This document shows positions 17,468 through 26,447 of a stretch of DNA of 34,115 nucleotides, piece after piece. The notes beneath the pieces were generated by a model, which made no database searches, was not told where the DNA came from, and saw only the letters and a program-made list of their open reading frames with translations. This stretch comes from Planctomycetota bacterium (lineage in GTDB: Bacteria > Planctomycetota > SZUA-567 > H5-PLA8). The number at the start of each line of letters is the position of its first letter. The first letter of the stretch is position 1. Position numbers and translations under genes: made by a program. The DNA lies in assembly GCA_045863855.1 (NCBI GenBank), contig BTVV01000064.1, positions 1-34,115 on the forward strand. Reading direction: 5' to 3'.

Positions 17468-18508
17468 TTATTTCTTCGCGGCTTTCTTCTTCTTGGCCGG
17501 CGCCTGCTTGCTCTTGTCGAACTGCGCGTCGAACGCAATGGCGCTCGGCGCGAAGTCCAGCGCCTTGACGAACGCGGCCGCTTCCTTCGCGCCGTGCTCG
17601 CGGTCCATCTTGCCGTCTTCCCATTCCACCGAGAGCGGTCCCGCGTAGCGGACATCGTTCAGCGCGCGGATGATCTCTTCGAAGTCCACGCTGCCCCGGC
17701 CCAGGCTGCGGAAGTCCCACGTCCGGCGCGGATCGCCGAAGTCCACGTGCCCGCCGAAGACGCCCGCTTCGCACGGCAGCTCGCTCATGTACACGTCTTT
17801 CATGTGAACGTGGAAGATACGGTCGCCGAACTTGCGGATGAACTTCACGTAATCCACATTCTGGTACAGCAGGTGGCTCGGATCGTAGTTGAAGCCGAAG
17901 CGCCGGTGCCCGCGCACGGCCTTGATCGCGCGCTCGGCGCTGGCCACGTCGAACGCGATCTCCGTCGGGTGCACTTCCAGCGCGAAGTTGACGCCGTTCT
18001 TGTCGAACTCGTCCAGGATGGAGCGCCAGCGGCGGGCGAAGTCCTTGAAGCCGTTCTCGATCATCTCGGCCGAGACCGGCGGGAAGCTGTACAGCAGATG
18101 CCAGATGCTCGATCCCGTGAAGCCGTTGACCACCTTCACGCCGATGTTCTTGGCCGCGCGCGCAGTGAGCTTCATTTCTTCGGCTGCGCGCTTGCGCACG
18201 CCTTCCGGATCGCCGTCGCCCCAGATCCGGTCGTTCAGGATCGAGCGGTGCCGGCTGTCGATGTTGTCGCAGACCGCCTGCCCGGCCAGATGGTTCGAGA
18301 TCGCGAAGACTTGCAGGCCGTGATCGGCCGGAATTTCCTTGCGGCTCTTGGCGTAGGCCTTGTCCGTGGCCGCCTTCTCCACGTCCACATGATCGCCCCA
18401 GCACGCCAGTTCGATGCCGTCGTACCCGAACGCCTTGGCCTTCTGGCACATCGTCTCGAAACTCAAATCCGCCCACTGCCCCGTGAACAGCGTCACCGGT
18501 CTCGGCAT
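17468..18508 (-). CDS. Sugar phosphate isomerase/epimerase (xylose isomerase-like TIM barrel, IolE/MocC superfamily)
   Basis: [15 protein letters not shown]; intact ligands ALEVHP, FNYDPSH, HVHMKD, SVEWED; GAGGAAGG RBS; Lys-rich tail. Confidence 0.92.
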   Translation of the reverse strand: MPRPVTLFTGQWADLSFETMCQKAKAFGYDGIELACWGDHVDVEKAATDKAYAKSRKEIPADHGLQVFAISNHLAGQAVCDNIDSRHRSILNDRIWGDGDPEGVRKRAAEEMKLTARAAKNIGVKVVNGFTGSSIWHLLYSFPPVSAEMIENGFKDFARRWRSILDEFDKNGVNFALEVHPTEIAFDVASAERAIKAVRGHRRFGFNYDPSHLLYQNVDYVKFIRKFGDRIFHVHMKDVYMSELPCEAGVFGGHVDFGDPRRTWDFRSLGRGSVDFEEIIRALNDVRYAGPLSVEWEDGKMDREHGAKEAAAFVKALDFAPSAIAFDAQFDKSKQAPAKKKKAAKK

Positions 18509-18619
18509 GAATCCCTTCCTCCTCCGTGCGGCGCCGCGTCGCGCGGCGCATAAACAGTCCCTTACCGCGTCCCGGCGGGCCGCGGGCAACCCCCTCGAAT
18601 TCAAGTCACGGCAGCGAAC

Positions 18620-18647
18620 AGCCTATGCCGGCGGTCCGAGCCGTCAA
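18620..18647 (-). promoter_or_regulatory. Putative promoter TTGACG-16-TAGGCT for the epimerase
   Basis: Near-consensus boxes in divergent intergenic region. Confidence 0.45.
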
Positions 18648-18693
18648 CGCACGTAAGCCGGTTCGCCCGTGTAGAGAACGCACGGCGTCGCGC

Positions 18694-18699
18694 TATAAT
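18694..18699 (+). promoter_or_regulatory. Perfect -10 box TATAAT 6 nt before the cysteine desulfurase ATG (leaderless-type)
   Basis: TATAAT-tgatga-ATG; no SD. Confidence 0.6.
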
Positions 18700-18705
18700 T
18701 GATGA

Positions 18706-19911
18706 ATGGCCGAGCCCCTCGACCTCGATGCCCTCAAGCGTGGCCTCTCCGCGCCCGGGTCAGCACGCGTCTACTTCGATCACAACGCCAGCACGCCGCT
18801 GCGCCCGGAGGTTCGCGCCGCGATGGACCCGTGGCTGGGTGCGCGCTTCGGCAACGCCGAGAGCCTGCATCGCGAGGGACAGGCCGCCCGAGCCGCCGTC
18901 GAAAGCGCGCGCCGCACGTGCGCCGAAGTGCTGGGCTGCGATCCGGAGGCGATCGCCTTTACCGGCGGCGGAACCGAAGCGCTGAATCTGGCGCTGCGCG
19001 GGATTGCCTGGGCGCGCCGCTTGGCGGGGCAGGGGATGCGCCTGGTGGCCAGCGCCGTCGAGCACGCCGCCGTCGACGAGACGCTGCTCTCTTTGGACGA
19101 AGAGGGGTTCGACCGGCTGCTCGTTTCGCCCGAAGCGGATGGGCGCGTCGATCCCGAGCGCTACGCTGCGGCGCTGGACGATTGGACCGCCGTGGCCGCG
19201 CTGATTTACGCGCACAACGAGACTGGGGTGATTCAGCCTGTGCGCGAAGCCGCGGCCGCCTGCGCGGAACTGCGCATTCCCTTCGTGCTCGATGCCGTTC
19301 AGGCTGCGGGGAAGCTCAACCTCAAGGTGGAGGAACTGGGCTGCGCCGCACTGGCGCTGTCGGGGCATAAATTCGGTGGCCCGCAAGGCGCCGGATTGCT
19401 GTACCTCCGCCCGGGTACTCCCTTTCGCAGCGCGCTGACCGGCGGCGGGCAGGAGGCCGGCCGCCGCGGCGGCACGCATGCGGTGGCGCAGATCGTGGGC
19501 TTCGCCGAAGCGCTGCGTTTGGCCGAGGCCGACCGCACCGCCGAGACGCCGCGCTTGAATGCTTTGCGCGAACGCCTCGAAGCCGGGTTGCTCCGCATCG
19601 CGCCCGATTTCGTGCTTCACGGGGCTGGCGCCGAACGCCTCTCGCAGACGGTTTTCGCCTCGTTCCCGGGCCTCGAAAGCGCCGCGCTCGTCAACGGGCT
19701 CGATCTGGAAGGGGTGGCCGTCTCCAGCGGCGCCGCATGCAGCGAAGGCACGCACGTCGCCAACCGCACGCTGCAAGCGATGGGCGTGAGCGAAGCGCTG
19801 GCGAAGAGCGCCGTACGCTTCAGTTTGGGCCGCACGAGTAGCGCGGCGGACGTGGAGCGGGCGTTGGAGGGGATGGTGCGGGTAGTGAAAAGGTTGAAGC
19901 GCAAAGAGTAA
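18706..19911 (+). CDS. Cysteine desulfurase (class I, IscS/NifS-like, PLP-dependent)
   Basis: YFDHNASTP, FTGGGTEA, VEHAAV, HNETGVIQP, DAVQ, SGHKFGGP, SSGAACS. Confidence 0.93.
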   Translation: MAEPLDLDALKRGLSAPGSARVYFDHNASTPLRPEVRAAMDPWLGARFGNAESLHREGQAARAAVESARRTCAEVLGCDPEAIAFTGGGTEALNLALRGIAWARRLAGQGMRLVASAVEHAAVDETLLSLDEEGFDRLLVSPEADGRVDPERYAAALDDWTAVAALIYAHNETGVIQPVREAAAACAELRIPFVLDAVQAAGKLNLKVEELGCAALALSGHKFGGPQGAGLLYLRPGTPFRSALTGGGQEAGRRGGTHAVAQIVGFAEALRLAEADRTAETPRLNALRERLEAGLLRIAPDFVLHGAGAERLSQTVFASFPGLESAALVNGLDLEGVAVSSGAACSEGTHVANRTLQAMGVSEALAKSAVRFSLGRTSSAADVERALEGMVRVVKRLKRKE

Positions 19912-19984
19912 TAAGTAAGTAAGAAGGGCACAGCATTCACCGCATGCCCCTTACGCGTATGCCTGCTATTCCTTATTACCTCTT
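19904..19984. repeat. AT-rich imperfect inverted repeat with degenerate heptads spanning two convergent stop codons
   Basis: AAGAGTAATAAG...CTTATTACCTCTT; internal agagtaa-taagtaa-gtaagaa. Confidence 0.55.
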
Positions 19985-20740
19985 AATTCCTTCCGCCGCC
20001 ACCAGTCCTGCCGCGCCGCGTTCCAGCGACTTCACGTCCTCGAGCCCCGCTTGCTTCAGCAGCGTTTCGAGTCCCGCGTTGAGTTGCGCTCGCAATCCGG
20101 GCTCGCAGGCGGCGAGTTTTTTTATCAGCCAGCCGCGCGGACCGCGCGAATGGACACCGGGCTCGATCAAAAGCAGCCGTCCGCCCGGACGCAGCACGCG
20201 TTTGAATTCGCCGAGCGCATCGGCGCGATCCTGGTCCGTCTGCATGCGGTAGAGAAACAGCAGGCAGAGCACCACGTCGTGCCGCTCCGAAGTAGCCGGC
20301 AAATCCTGCGGGTAGCCTTTCTTGAAGAGCACGTGCACGCCGCGTTCGGTGGAGAGTTCCGCCGCCGCGCTCACCGCTTCGGCGTCCGGATCGACACCCT
20401 CGATTTCGAGCTGCGGGTGCTGCTGCTTCAGCTCAACCGTGAAGCCTCCGTCGCCGCAGCCCATATGCAGGAGGCTCTCGCCGGGTTGCGCTTTCAGATG
20501 CTTGCGCGCGAGCTTGCGCCCCGCCGCGTCGAGCCCCAGCTTGCGCAACCAATCGCGGTACAGCGCCGCGCGGCGCGGATCCCGCGGCGGCGGCAGGAAG
20601 ATCCGCCGCGAGCCGAACTCTTCGGCGCGATCCGGTTCCGTATCCGCGTGCGCTGCGCTCAATTTGAAGGCCTCAATCCGAGATAACCGGCCGTGCAACC
20701 GCCCCGGCTGCCCCCTTCGTACCCCCAGGGACGCGCTCAA
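19976..20740 (-). CDS. Class I SAM-dependent methyltransferase (start uncertain; TTG 20662 is an alternative)
   Basis: LHMGCGDG motif I, EGVDPD, HDVVLC, RVLRPGGRLLLIE. Confidence 0.8.
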   Translation of the reverse strand: MSASLGVRRGQPGRLHGRLSRIEAFKLSAAHADTEPDRAEEFGSRRIFLPPPRDPRRAALYRDWLRKLGLDAAGRKLARKHLKAQPGESLLHMGCGDGGFTVELKQQHPQLEIEGVDPDAEAVSAAAELSTERGVHVLFKKGYPQDLPATSERHDVVLCLLFLYRMQTDQDRADALGEFKRVLRPGGRLLLIEPGVHSRGPRGWLIKKLAACEPGLRAQLNAGLETLLKQAGLEDVKSLERGAAGLVAAEGIKR

Positions 20741-20776
20741 GCAACCCGCGTACTTCGGGCGCGGCGAACCTTCGCC

Positions 20777-20805
20777 TTGCCACCCGGCGCATTTCCAGGC
20801 AAAGT
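20777..20805 (+). promoter_or_regulatory. Putative promoter TTGCCA-17-CAAAGT, 6 nt before ATG 20812
   Basis: Spacing and position; no SD. Confidence 0.45.
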
Positions 20806-20811
20806 GTGCGC

Positions 20812-21765
20812 ATGCCGGCGATCGCCCTCGTTTCCAAGACCAGTCCCGAACAGCACGCGGCGCTCCACGCGCTCGCGCCGGGACGCCTGGAACTCATCGA
20901 CTGCTCGGCTGACCGCGAGAGCCTCGCCGCGCGCGGCGCCGCGGCAGAGATCGTCTACGGCAATGTCCGTGCCCACGAACGCGCCGCGCTGCCGAACCTT
21001 AAGTGGATCCACGCCACGTGGACCGGTGTCGAGAACCTCCTGCATCCCGAACTGCTCGAACGCGGCATCCTGGTCACCAACACGCGCGGCCAGGTCTCCG
21101 TGGCCATGGCCGAACACGCGCTCGCGTGCATCCTGCATGCCGCGCGGGACCTCGATGCCTTCCGCCGCGCCAAGACCGAACGGCGCTGGAAGGCGGGCAG
21201 CCAGCCGCGGCTGCTCGAAGGCAGCCGTGCGCTGATCCTCGGGCTGGGCTCCATCGGCGCGGTGCTGGCTGAAAAACTCGCTGCGCTGGGGGTACGCGTG
21301 CGCGGCGTGAATTCCGACGGCCGCCCCGCGCCGCCGTGCGACGAGACCTGCACGCTGGATGCCGTCCGTGAGCGGCTCGGCGACGTGGACTGGCTCGTCT
21401 GCCTCTTGCCGGCCACCGCAAAGACGCGCAAGGCGCTCGACGAGGCCTTTTTCCGTGCGCTTAAGCCCGGTGCTTTGGTGTTGAACCTCAGCCGCGGCGC
21501 GGTCCTCGACGAAGCCGCGCTGCTGCGGCAACTCGACGCAGGGCATTTGGCGGGCGCGATCCTGGATGTGACCGATCCCGAGCCGCCGCCGCCGGACAGC
21601 CCGCTCTTCGCGCATCCGAAGGTGCTCCTGACCGGGCACGAATCGCCCCGCGGGCAGCCCGACCGTACCCGCGCGTTCGATCTTTTCGTTCATAACCTGC
21701 GCTGCTACTTGGCCGGCGAGATCTCCGGCATGCAAAGCCGAGTCGATCCGGCGAAAGGCTACTAA
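20812..21765 (+). CDS. D-2-hydroxyacid dehydrogenase family protein
   Basis: AMAEH, ILGLGSIG, LLPAT, NLSRGAVLDE, LDVTDPEP, LTGH. Confidence 0.92.
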   Translation: MPAIALVSKTSPEQHAALHALAPGRLELIDCSADRESLAARGAAAEIVYGNVRAHERAALPNLKWIHATWTGVENLLHPELLERGILVTNTRGQVSVAMAEHALACILHAARDLDAFRRAKTERRWKAGSQPRLLEGSRALILGLGSIGAVLAEKLAALGVRVRGVNSDGRPAPPCDETCTLDAVRERLGDVDWLVCLLPATAKTRKALDEAFFRALKPGALVLNLSRGAVLDEAALLRQLDAGHLAGAILDVTDPEPPPPDSPLFAHPKVLLTGHESPRGQPDRTRAFDLFVHNLRCYLAGEISGMQSRVDPAKGY

Positions 21766-21986
21766 GCTTTTGCCGGGCGAATCCTTGCAAATCCCGAAAA
21801 CCGACTACCATGACCCGGCTTGCCGCGGCCGGCGCTTGCCCGAACGAAACCCTTAAGAGGGGGTGTTTGTGGCGGGCTTTTTGTGCGGCTAAGCCTATGC
21901 GGTGCCGATACCTGGATGGATTTGGCGTCCGGGTGACGAGCCGGCGTGAGGCCCGGACCCTGCTCCTTATAAGGGAGGTGTCCGAC

Positions 21987-24320
21987 GTGCCCGCAGAACG
22001 CATCGATGCCGCCGTGAACGCTTCCTTGTCGGAGTTGCCGCCGCCTGCGGCGAGCGCCCCGGCGCTGACCGATTCTCAGGAAGGAGCCCCTTCGACGATG
22101 TCCAGCCGTGCACGCTCCGGAGTTCAACGCGTGGCCGCACCTGCCCGCGCCCCCAAACGCAACGAGAACCGCGCGGCCACCGCGCAAGAGATGTCGGCTC
22201 GCCAGCGCGATATCTCGGTCGCCGAATTCTTTCAAAAGAACCGCCATCTGCTGGGCTTCGACAACCCGCGCAAGGCGCTGCTCACCACCATTAAGGAAGC
22301 CGTCGACAACAGTCTCGACGCCTGCGAAGAGGGCGGCATCCTTCCCGACATCACGGTCAAAGTGGAAGTCGCGCCTAACGGCGACGGCGCGATGCCGGCC
22401 TCGCCCGCCCAGGCCGAACGCTTCGTCATCACCGTGGAAGACAACGGGCCGGGCATCGTGAAGAAGAACATCGGCAAGGTTTTCGCCAAGCTGCTGTACG
22501 GCTCGAAGTTTCACCGCCTGCGGATGAGCCGCGGGCAGCAGGGTATCGGTATTTCGGCCGCGGGCATGTACGGGCAGCTCACCACCGGCAAGCCCACCAA
22601 GGTGATCAGCAAGATCGACAAGGAAGACGTCGCGCACTGCTTCGAAGTCTCCATCGACACGAAGAAGAACGAGCCCGTCGAACACGAGACGAAGACCGTC
22701 AAGTGGGACCGCGAACACGGCACCGCCGTCTCGATCTCGCTGGAAGGGCGCTACCAGCGCGGCAAAGGCTCTATCGACGAGTACCTCGAACTGACCAGTA
22801 TCGCCAATCCGCACGCGCGCTTCGTGTATTACGCGCCCGATGGCGCGCCGCGCGAATTCCCCCGCGGCGTCGACCGGTTGCCCGAACCGCCCCGCGAGAT
22901 CAAGCCGCATCCGTACGGTATCGAACTGGGCATGCTGCTGCGCATGCTGCAGGACACCAAGAGCCACTGGCTCAGCGGCTTCCTGAGCACCGAGTTTGTC
23001 CGCGTTTCCAACAAGAGCGCCGAGGAGATTTGCACCAACGCGAAGCTTTCGCCGCGCAAGCGGCCGCGGGATATCGTCGGCAAGGACGCCGAAGCGCTCT
23101 ACAAATCGCTGCAGACCACCAAGCTGATGTCTCCGCCCACCGACTGTCTTTCGCCCATGACCGAGGACGCGATCAAGGCCGGGCTATTGAAGAGTATCCG
23201 CGCGGACTTCTACCATGCCGTCACGCGCCCGCCGAAGGTCTACCGCGGCAACCCGTTCCAGATCGAAGTCGGCATCGCCTACGGCAAGGGCGACGGGCAG
23301 GCCGCACGAGATCCGGCCGAACTGGCCGCCGAAGCCATGGAGAAAGCCGAGAACGGCGAGATCGAAGCGCTGGCGGAAGGCGAGGACAAAGAGGACGACA
23401 CCGAACTGGCGCGCGTCATCCGCTTCGCCAACCGCGTCCCGCTCATCTACCAGCAGTCGGCCTGCGCGACGTACAAAGCCGTGCTCAAAACCGCCTGGAA
23501 GAACTACGGGCTAGGGCAGAGCCGCGGGGCGCCGCCGCAGGGGCCCATGACCGTATTTGTCCACATGGCCTCCGTCTGGGTGCCGTTCACCAGCGAAGCG
23601 AAAGAGGCGATCGCCGAGTACGACGAGATCGTCGAGGAGATCAAACGCGCGCTCCAGGAATGCGGGCGCAAACTCGGCATCTGGCTGCGCAAGCGACAGC
23701 ACGCCAAGAACGAGTTCGAGCGTCGCAATACGTTCCAGCGCTACATCGAGGAAGTTGCCGAGGCGTGCCAGCGCATCAAGGGCGGCAAGCTCGACGCCGA
23801 ACGGCTCAAGAAGATGCTCCAGAAGATCGCCGAGGAAGTGACCGGCGGCGAAGAGACCGACAGGCTTTTGAACAAGAAGAAATCCAAGGAAGACGACGAA
23901 CTGGCCGGCATCGTCGAACTGACGCCGGAAGGACTCAAGGGCGCCGTGCCGCAAATGTCCGCCGGCGCGCTGGATATCCCGCTGGCCGCCGCGCCGGGCG
24001 CCGAGGCCGCCGCCGAAGCGCCGCCGGAAACCGCGCCGCGAACCAAGGCGCTCCCGCGCGGCAAACTGGGCAAGACGCCGAAGGCCGAGACCGGCGAACT
24101 GATCGCCGGCGCCACGAAGAAAGACAAGAAGCTCAAGGTGGATCTGGGCGACGTCAAAATCTTCAGCCACGGCAAGCAAATCGCGGGCAAGAAGGCCAAA
24201 GGCAAAGCCGTCTCCGAGCCCTCGATCTTCGATCAACCCATCGAAAAGCCCGCCGGGAAAGCCGCCGCGAAGATTAAAGCCAAGCCCGCGCCGAAGGGGT
24301 CGTCCCAGAAGCGCAAGTAA
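21987..24320 (+). CDS. top6B: DNA topoisomerase VI subunit B with acidic insertion and long Lys/Ala/Pro-rich C-terminal tail
   Basis: ISVAEFFQKNRHLLGFDN, KEAVDNSLDACEE, EDNGPGI, LYGSKFH, SRGQQGIGISAA, RFANRVPL, VPFTSEAKEAI; GTG 21987 with GGAGG (alternative ATG 22098 with AAGGAG). Confidence 0.96.
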   Translation: MPAERIDAAVNASLSELPPPAASAPALTDSQEGAPSTMSSRARSGVQRVAAPARAPKRNENRAATAQEMSARQRDISVAEFFQKNRHLLGFDNPRKALLTTIKEAVDNSLDACEEGGILPDITVKVEVAPNGDGAMPASPAQAERFVITVEDNGPGIVKKNIGKVFAKLLYGSKFHRLRMSRGQQGIGISAAGMYGQLTTGKPTKVISKIDKEDVAHCFEVSIDTKKNEPVEHETKTVKWDREHGTAVSISLEGRYQRGKGSIDEYLELTSIANPHARFVYYAPDGAPREFPRGVDRLPEPPREIKPHPYGIELGMLLRMLQDTKSHWLSGFLSTEFVRVSNKSAEEICTNAKLSPRKRPRDIVGKDAEALYKSLQTTKLMSPPTDCLSPMTEDAIKAGLLKSIRADFYHAVTRPPKVYRGNPFQIEVGIAYGKGDGQAARDPAELAAEAMEKAENGEIEALAEGEDKEDDTELARVIRFANRVPLIYQQSACATYKAVLKTAWKNYGLGQSRGAPPQGPMTVFVHMASVWVPFTSEAKEAIAEYDEIVEEIKRALQECGRKLGIWLRKRQHAKNEFERRNTFQRYIEEVAEACQRIKGGKLDAERLKKMLQKIAEEVTGGEETDRLLNKKKSKEDDELAGIVELTPEGLKGAVPQMSAGALDIPLAAAPGAEAAAEAPPETAPRTKALPRGKLGKTPKAETGELIAGATKKDKKLKVDLGDVKIFSHGKQIAGKKAKGKAVSEPSIFDQPIEKPAGKAAAKIKAKPAPKGSSQKRK

Positions 24321-24340
24321 GCCGCCGGCCGTTGCCGTTC

Positions 24341-24363
24341 GCCCCTCCTTGCCATGGAGGGGC
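24341..24363 (+). other. 8-bp stem-loop after top6B
   Basis: GCCCCTCC-7 nt-GGAGGGGC. Confidence 0.5.
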
Positions 24364-24389
24364 AGGGGAGGTGGATAGGAACAAGCCGT

Positions 24390-24398
24390 TTATCCACA
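24390..24398 (+). promoter_or_regulatory. Perfect DnaA box TTATCCACA between top6B and top6A
   Basis: Exact consensus match; inverted partial partner GTGGATA at 24371-24377. Confidence 0.45.
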
Positions 24399-24497
24399 GT
24401 CCGTCGACGGTGGTCGTTGAATGTTCCTTTTGGAGTGCGCCCTTGATGGCCGTTTGACGTTTGCCGTCCGAAGCCCGCCGTACACCAGGAGGCCGAC

Positions 24498-25607
24498 ATG
24501 GTTGCCGCGAAGCGTAAAGGCACGAAGGAAGTCCAGAGCCTGCTCGAAAGCATGGCGGACGTCGTCGTCGACGCCGCCAAAAAAGGCCAGGATCCGGCGT
24601 ATCAGATTCCCGTCCGCGCGCTTTCCAACGTCGAATTCAATCCCAAGAAGCGCATCATTGAAATGGGGAAGAACAAGACCGCGCGCCAGTTTTTCAACCT
24701 GGGCATGGCCAAGAAATTCATGCAGACGGTCCTGATCACCGACGCGCTGATGGAACTGCAGCGCCAGGACAACCTCTCCACGAGCCTGCGCGAAATTTAC
24801 TACCGCACCAAGCACACCATCAAAGGCACTTCGGAAAATACCTTCGACGACCAGAACGAATCCGATCCGCTCATCGAAGACCTGGAAGTCACGCTGGCCC
24901 TGCTGCGCGAAGAACTGCACGTCCGCGCCGAAAGCTCCGGGACCATCGTCGGGCCCGTCACCATCGTCGAAGGCGGCGACACCATCGACTGCACGCGCCA
25001 GGGCAAGGCGGGCAAGACGGTCCCGTCCATCGTCGAGCCCGGCGAACTGGACATCAAGAAATGCAGCGCCGATTTCGTCCTGCTGATCGAAAAAGGCACG
25101 CAGTTCAACCGGCTTTCCGAGGATAAATTCTGGAAGAAGCACAACTGCATCCTGCTCACCGGCAACGGCCAGCCGCCGCGCGGCGTGCGCCGCCTGACCC
25201 GCCGTTTGCACGACGAATACCGCCTGCCCGTCTACGTGCTCGTCGATAACGATCCGTGGGGCTACTACATTTATTCGGTCGTCAAGCAGGGCTCGATCAA
25301 TCTTGCGTTCGAGAGCCAGCGCATGGCGATTCCCGACGCGAAGTTCATCGGCCTTTCCAGCCTCGATCCCGAATCCTACGGCCTCCCGCGCAACGTCGGC
25401 ATCAAACTCAGCGAACAGGACGTCCGCCGCACCAAGGAAGTCGCCGGCTATCCGTGGTTCCAGAAGAAAGAATGGCAGCGCGAGATCAAGCACATGCTCA
25501 CTTCGGGCCTCAAGTACGAACTCGACGCGCTCGCCAACAAGGACTTCCGCTTCCTCACCACCGACTATCTGCCCAAGAAGCTGAAGACGAAGGACTGGCT
25601 GGATTGA
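24498..25607 (+). CDS. top6A: DNA topoisomerase VI subunit A (Spo11 family)
   Basis: SLREIYY (catalytic Tyr region), DQNESD, Toprim LLIEKG, GNGQPPR, VDNDPWG, KYELDAL; CAGGAGG RBS. Confidence 0.96.
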   Translation: MVAAKRKGTKEVQSLLESMADVVVDAAKKGQDPAYQIPVRALSNVEFNPKKRIIEMGKNKTARQFFNLGMAKKFMQTVLITDALMELQRQDNLSTSLREIYYRTKHTIKGTSENTFDDQNESDPLIEDLEVTLALLREELHVRAESSGTIVGPVTIVEGGDTIDCTRQGKAGKTVPSIVEPGELDIKKCSADFVLLIEKGTQFNRLSEDKFWKKHNCILLTGNGQPPRGVRRLTRRLHDEYRLPVYVLVDNDPWGYYIYSVVKQGSINLAFESQRMAIPDAKFIGLSSLDPESYGLPRNVGIKLSEQDVRRTKEVAGYPWFQKKEWQREIKHMLTSGLKYELDALANKDFRFLTTDYLPKKLKTKDWLD

Positions 25608-25739
25608 GGTGCGAAGTTCTGAGCGGCAAACTAAAGCGCGAGCGTGCTAAGGCTGCGCCTTTTCCGCATCACGCAGCGCGATCCGGCAATCTGGAGAAAC
25701 CGCGCTAACCGCACCTGACCGGCCCAGTCCCAAATCGAA

Positions 25740-26381
25740 CTACGCCTGCGGCAGCTTCAATTGCCGCCGGATATCCGCCTGAATCGCTTCCGGCGAGCGC
25801 GTTCCGTCCACCACCACCACCAACTCCTTGCGCTTGAACAGTTCGATGATCGGCGCCGTCTTCTCGTGGTAATTCTTCAGCCGCGTCCGGATCGCTTCCT
25901 CGTTGTCGTCCACCCGCTGTACCAGCTTGCCCTTGCACACGTCGCAGACGCCGTCTTGCGACGGACGGTGGAACATCAGGTTGTAGTCGAGCCCGCATTT
26001 GGCGCACAATCGCCGCGCCTGAATGCGCTCGCGCGTCACCTCGTCGGGGACTTCGATCAGGATCGTGGCGTCGATGTCGTAGCTCTCGAGAAAGAACTCG
26101 GCCTGCGGGCGGTTGCGTGGAAAGCCGTCGAGCACGAAGCCGTAGTTCCAGTCGTGCTCGTCGAGCCGCCGCCGCACGATCTCTTCCACCACTTCGTCGC
26201 CCACCAGATTTCCGCTGGCCATGATGCGCTTGATCCGCGCCGCCAGTTTGGTGTGGTTCTGGACGTTCCAGCGAAAGATATCGCCGACGCAAAGGTGCGT
26301 CAGGTCGTAGCCGGCGCAGAGCAGCTTCGCCTGCGTTCCTTTTCCGCAGCCCTGCACGCCCATGATGATGTACTTACGCAT
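25740..26381 (-). CDS. adk: Adenylate kinase, long Zn-LID type
   Basis: GVQGCGKGTQ, GDIFR, GNLVGDE, LDGFPRN, CAKC...CDVC, RVDDNEE. Confidence 0.92.
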   Translation of the reverse strand: MRKYIIMGVQGCGKGTQAKLLCAGYDLTHLCVGDIFRWNVQNHTKLAARIKRIMASGNLVGDEVVEEIVRRRLDEHDWNYGFVLDGFPRNRPQAEFFLESYDIDATILIEVPDEVTRERIQARRLCAKCGLDYNLMFHRPSQDGVCDVCKGKLVQRVDDNEEAIRTRLKNYHEKTAPIIELFKRKELVVVVDGTRSPEAIQADIRRQLKLPQA

Positions 26382-26418
26382 GCGTTCCGTGGCTCCCGTG
26401 GCGTTCTCGAAGGCATGC

Positions 26419-26447
26419 ATCCTAATCCCGCGCCGCTCGCCTGCCAA
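26419..26447 (-). promoter_or_regulatory. Putative promoter TTGGCA-17-TAGGAT for adk
   Basis: Near-consensus boxes; supports ATG 26381 as start. Confidence 0.5.

Noticed and set aside
8828..19911. miaB plus cysteine desulfurase as a tRNA-thiolation cluster
   Set aside because: More than 8 kb apart with unrelated genes between and separate promoters; no mnmA, isc or suf genes
24371..24398. Replication origin
   Set aside because: Only one perfect DnaA box, no box cluster or AT-rich unwinding element, no dnaA/dnaN nearby
21987..25607. Recent horizontal island or defence system (Wadjet JetD or other Topo VI-like)
   Set aside because: Canonical full-length top6B-top6A pair with host-like composition; no SMC, integrase or flanking repeats
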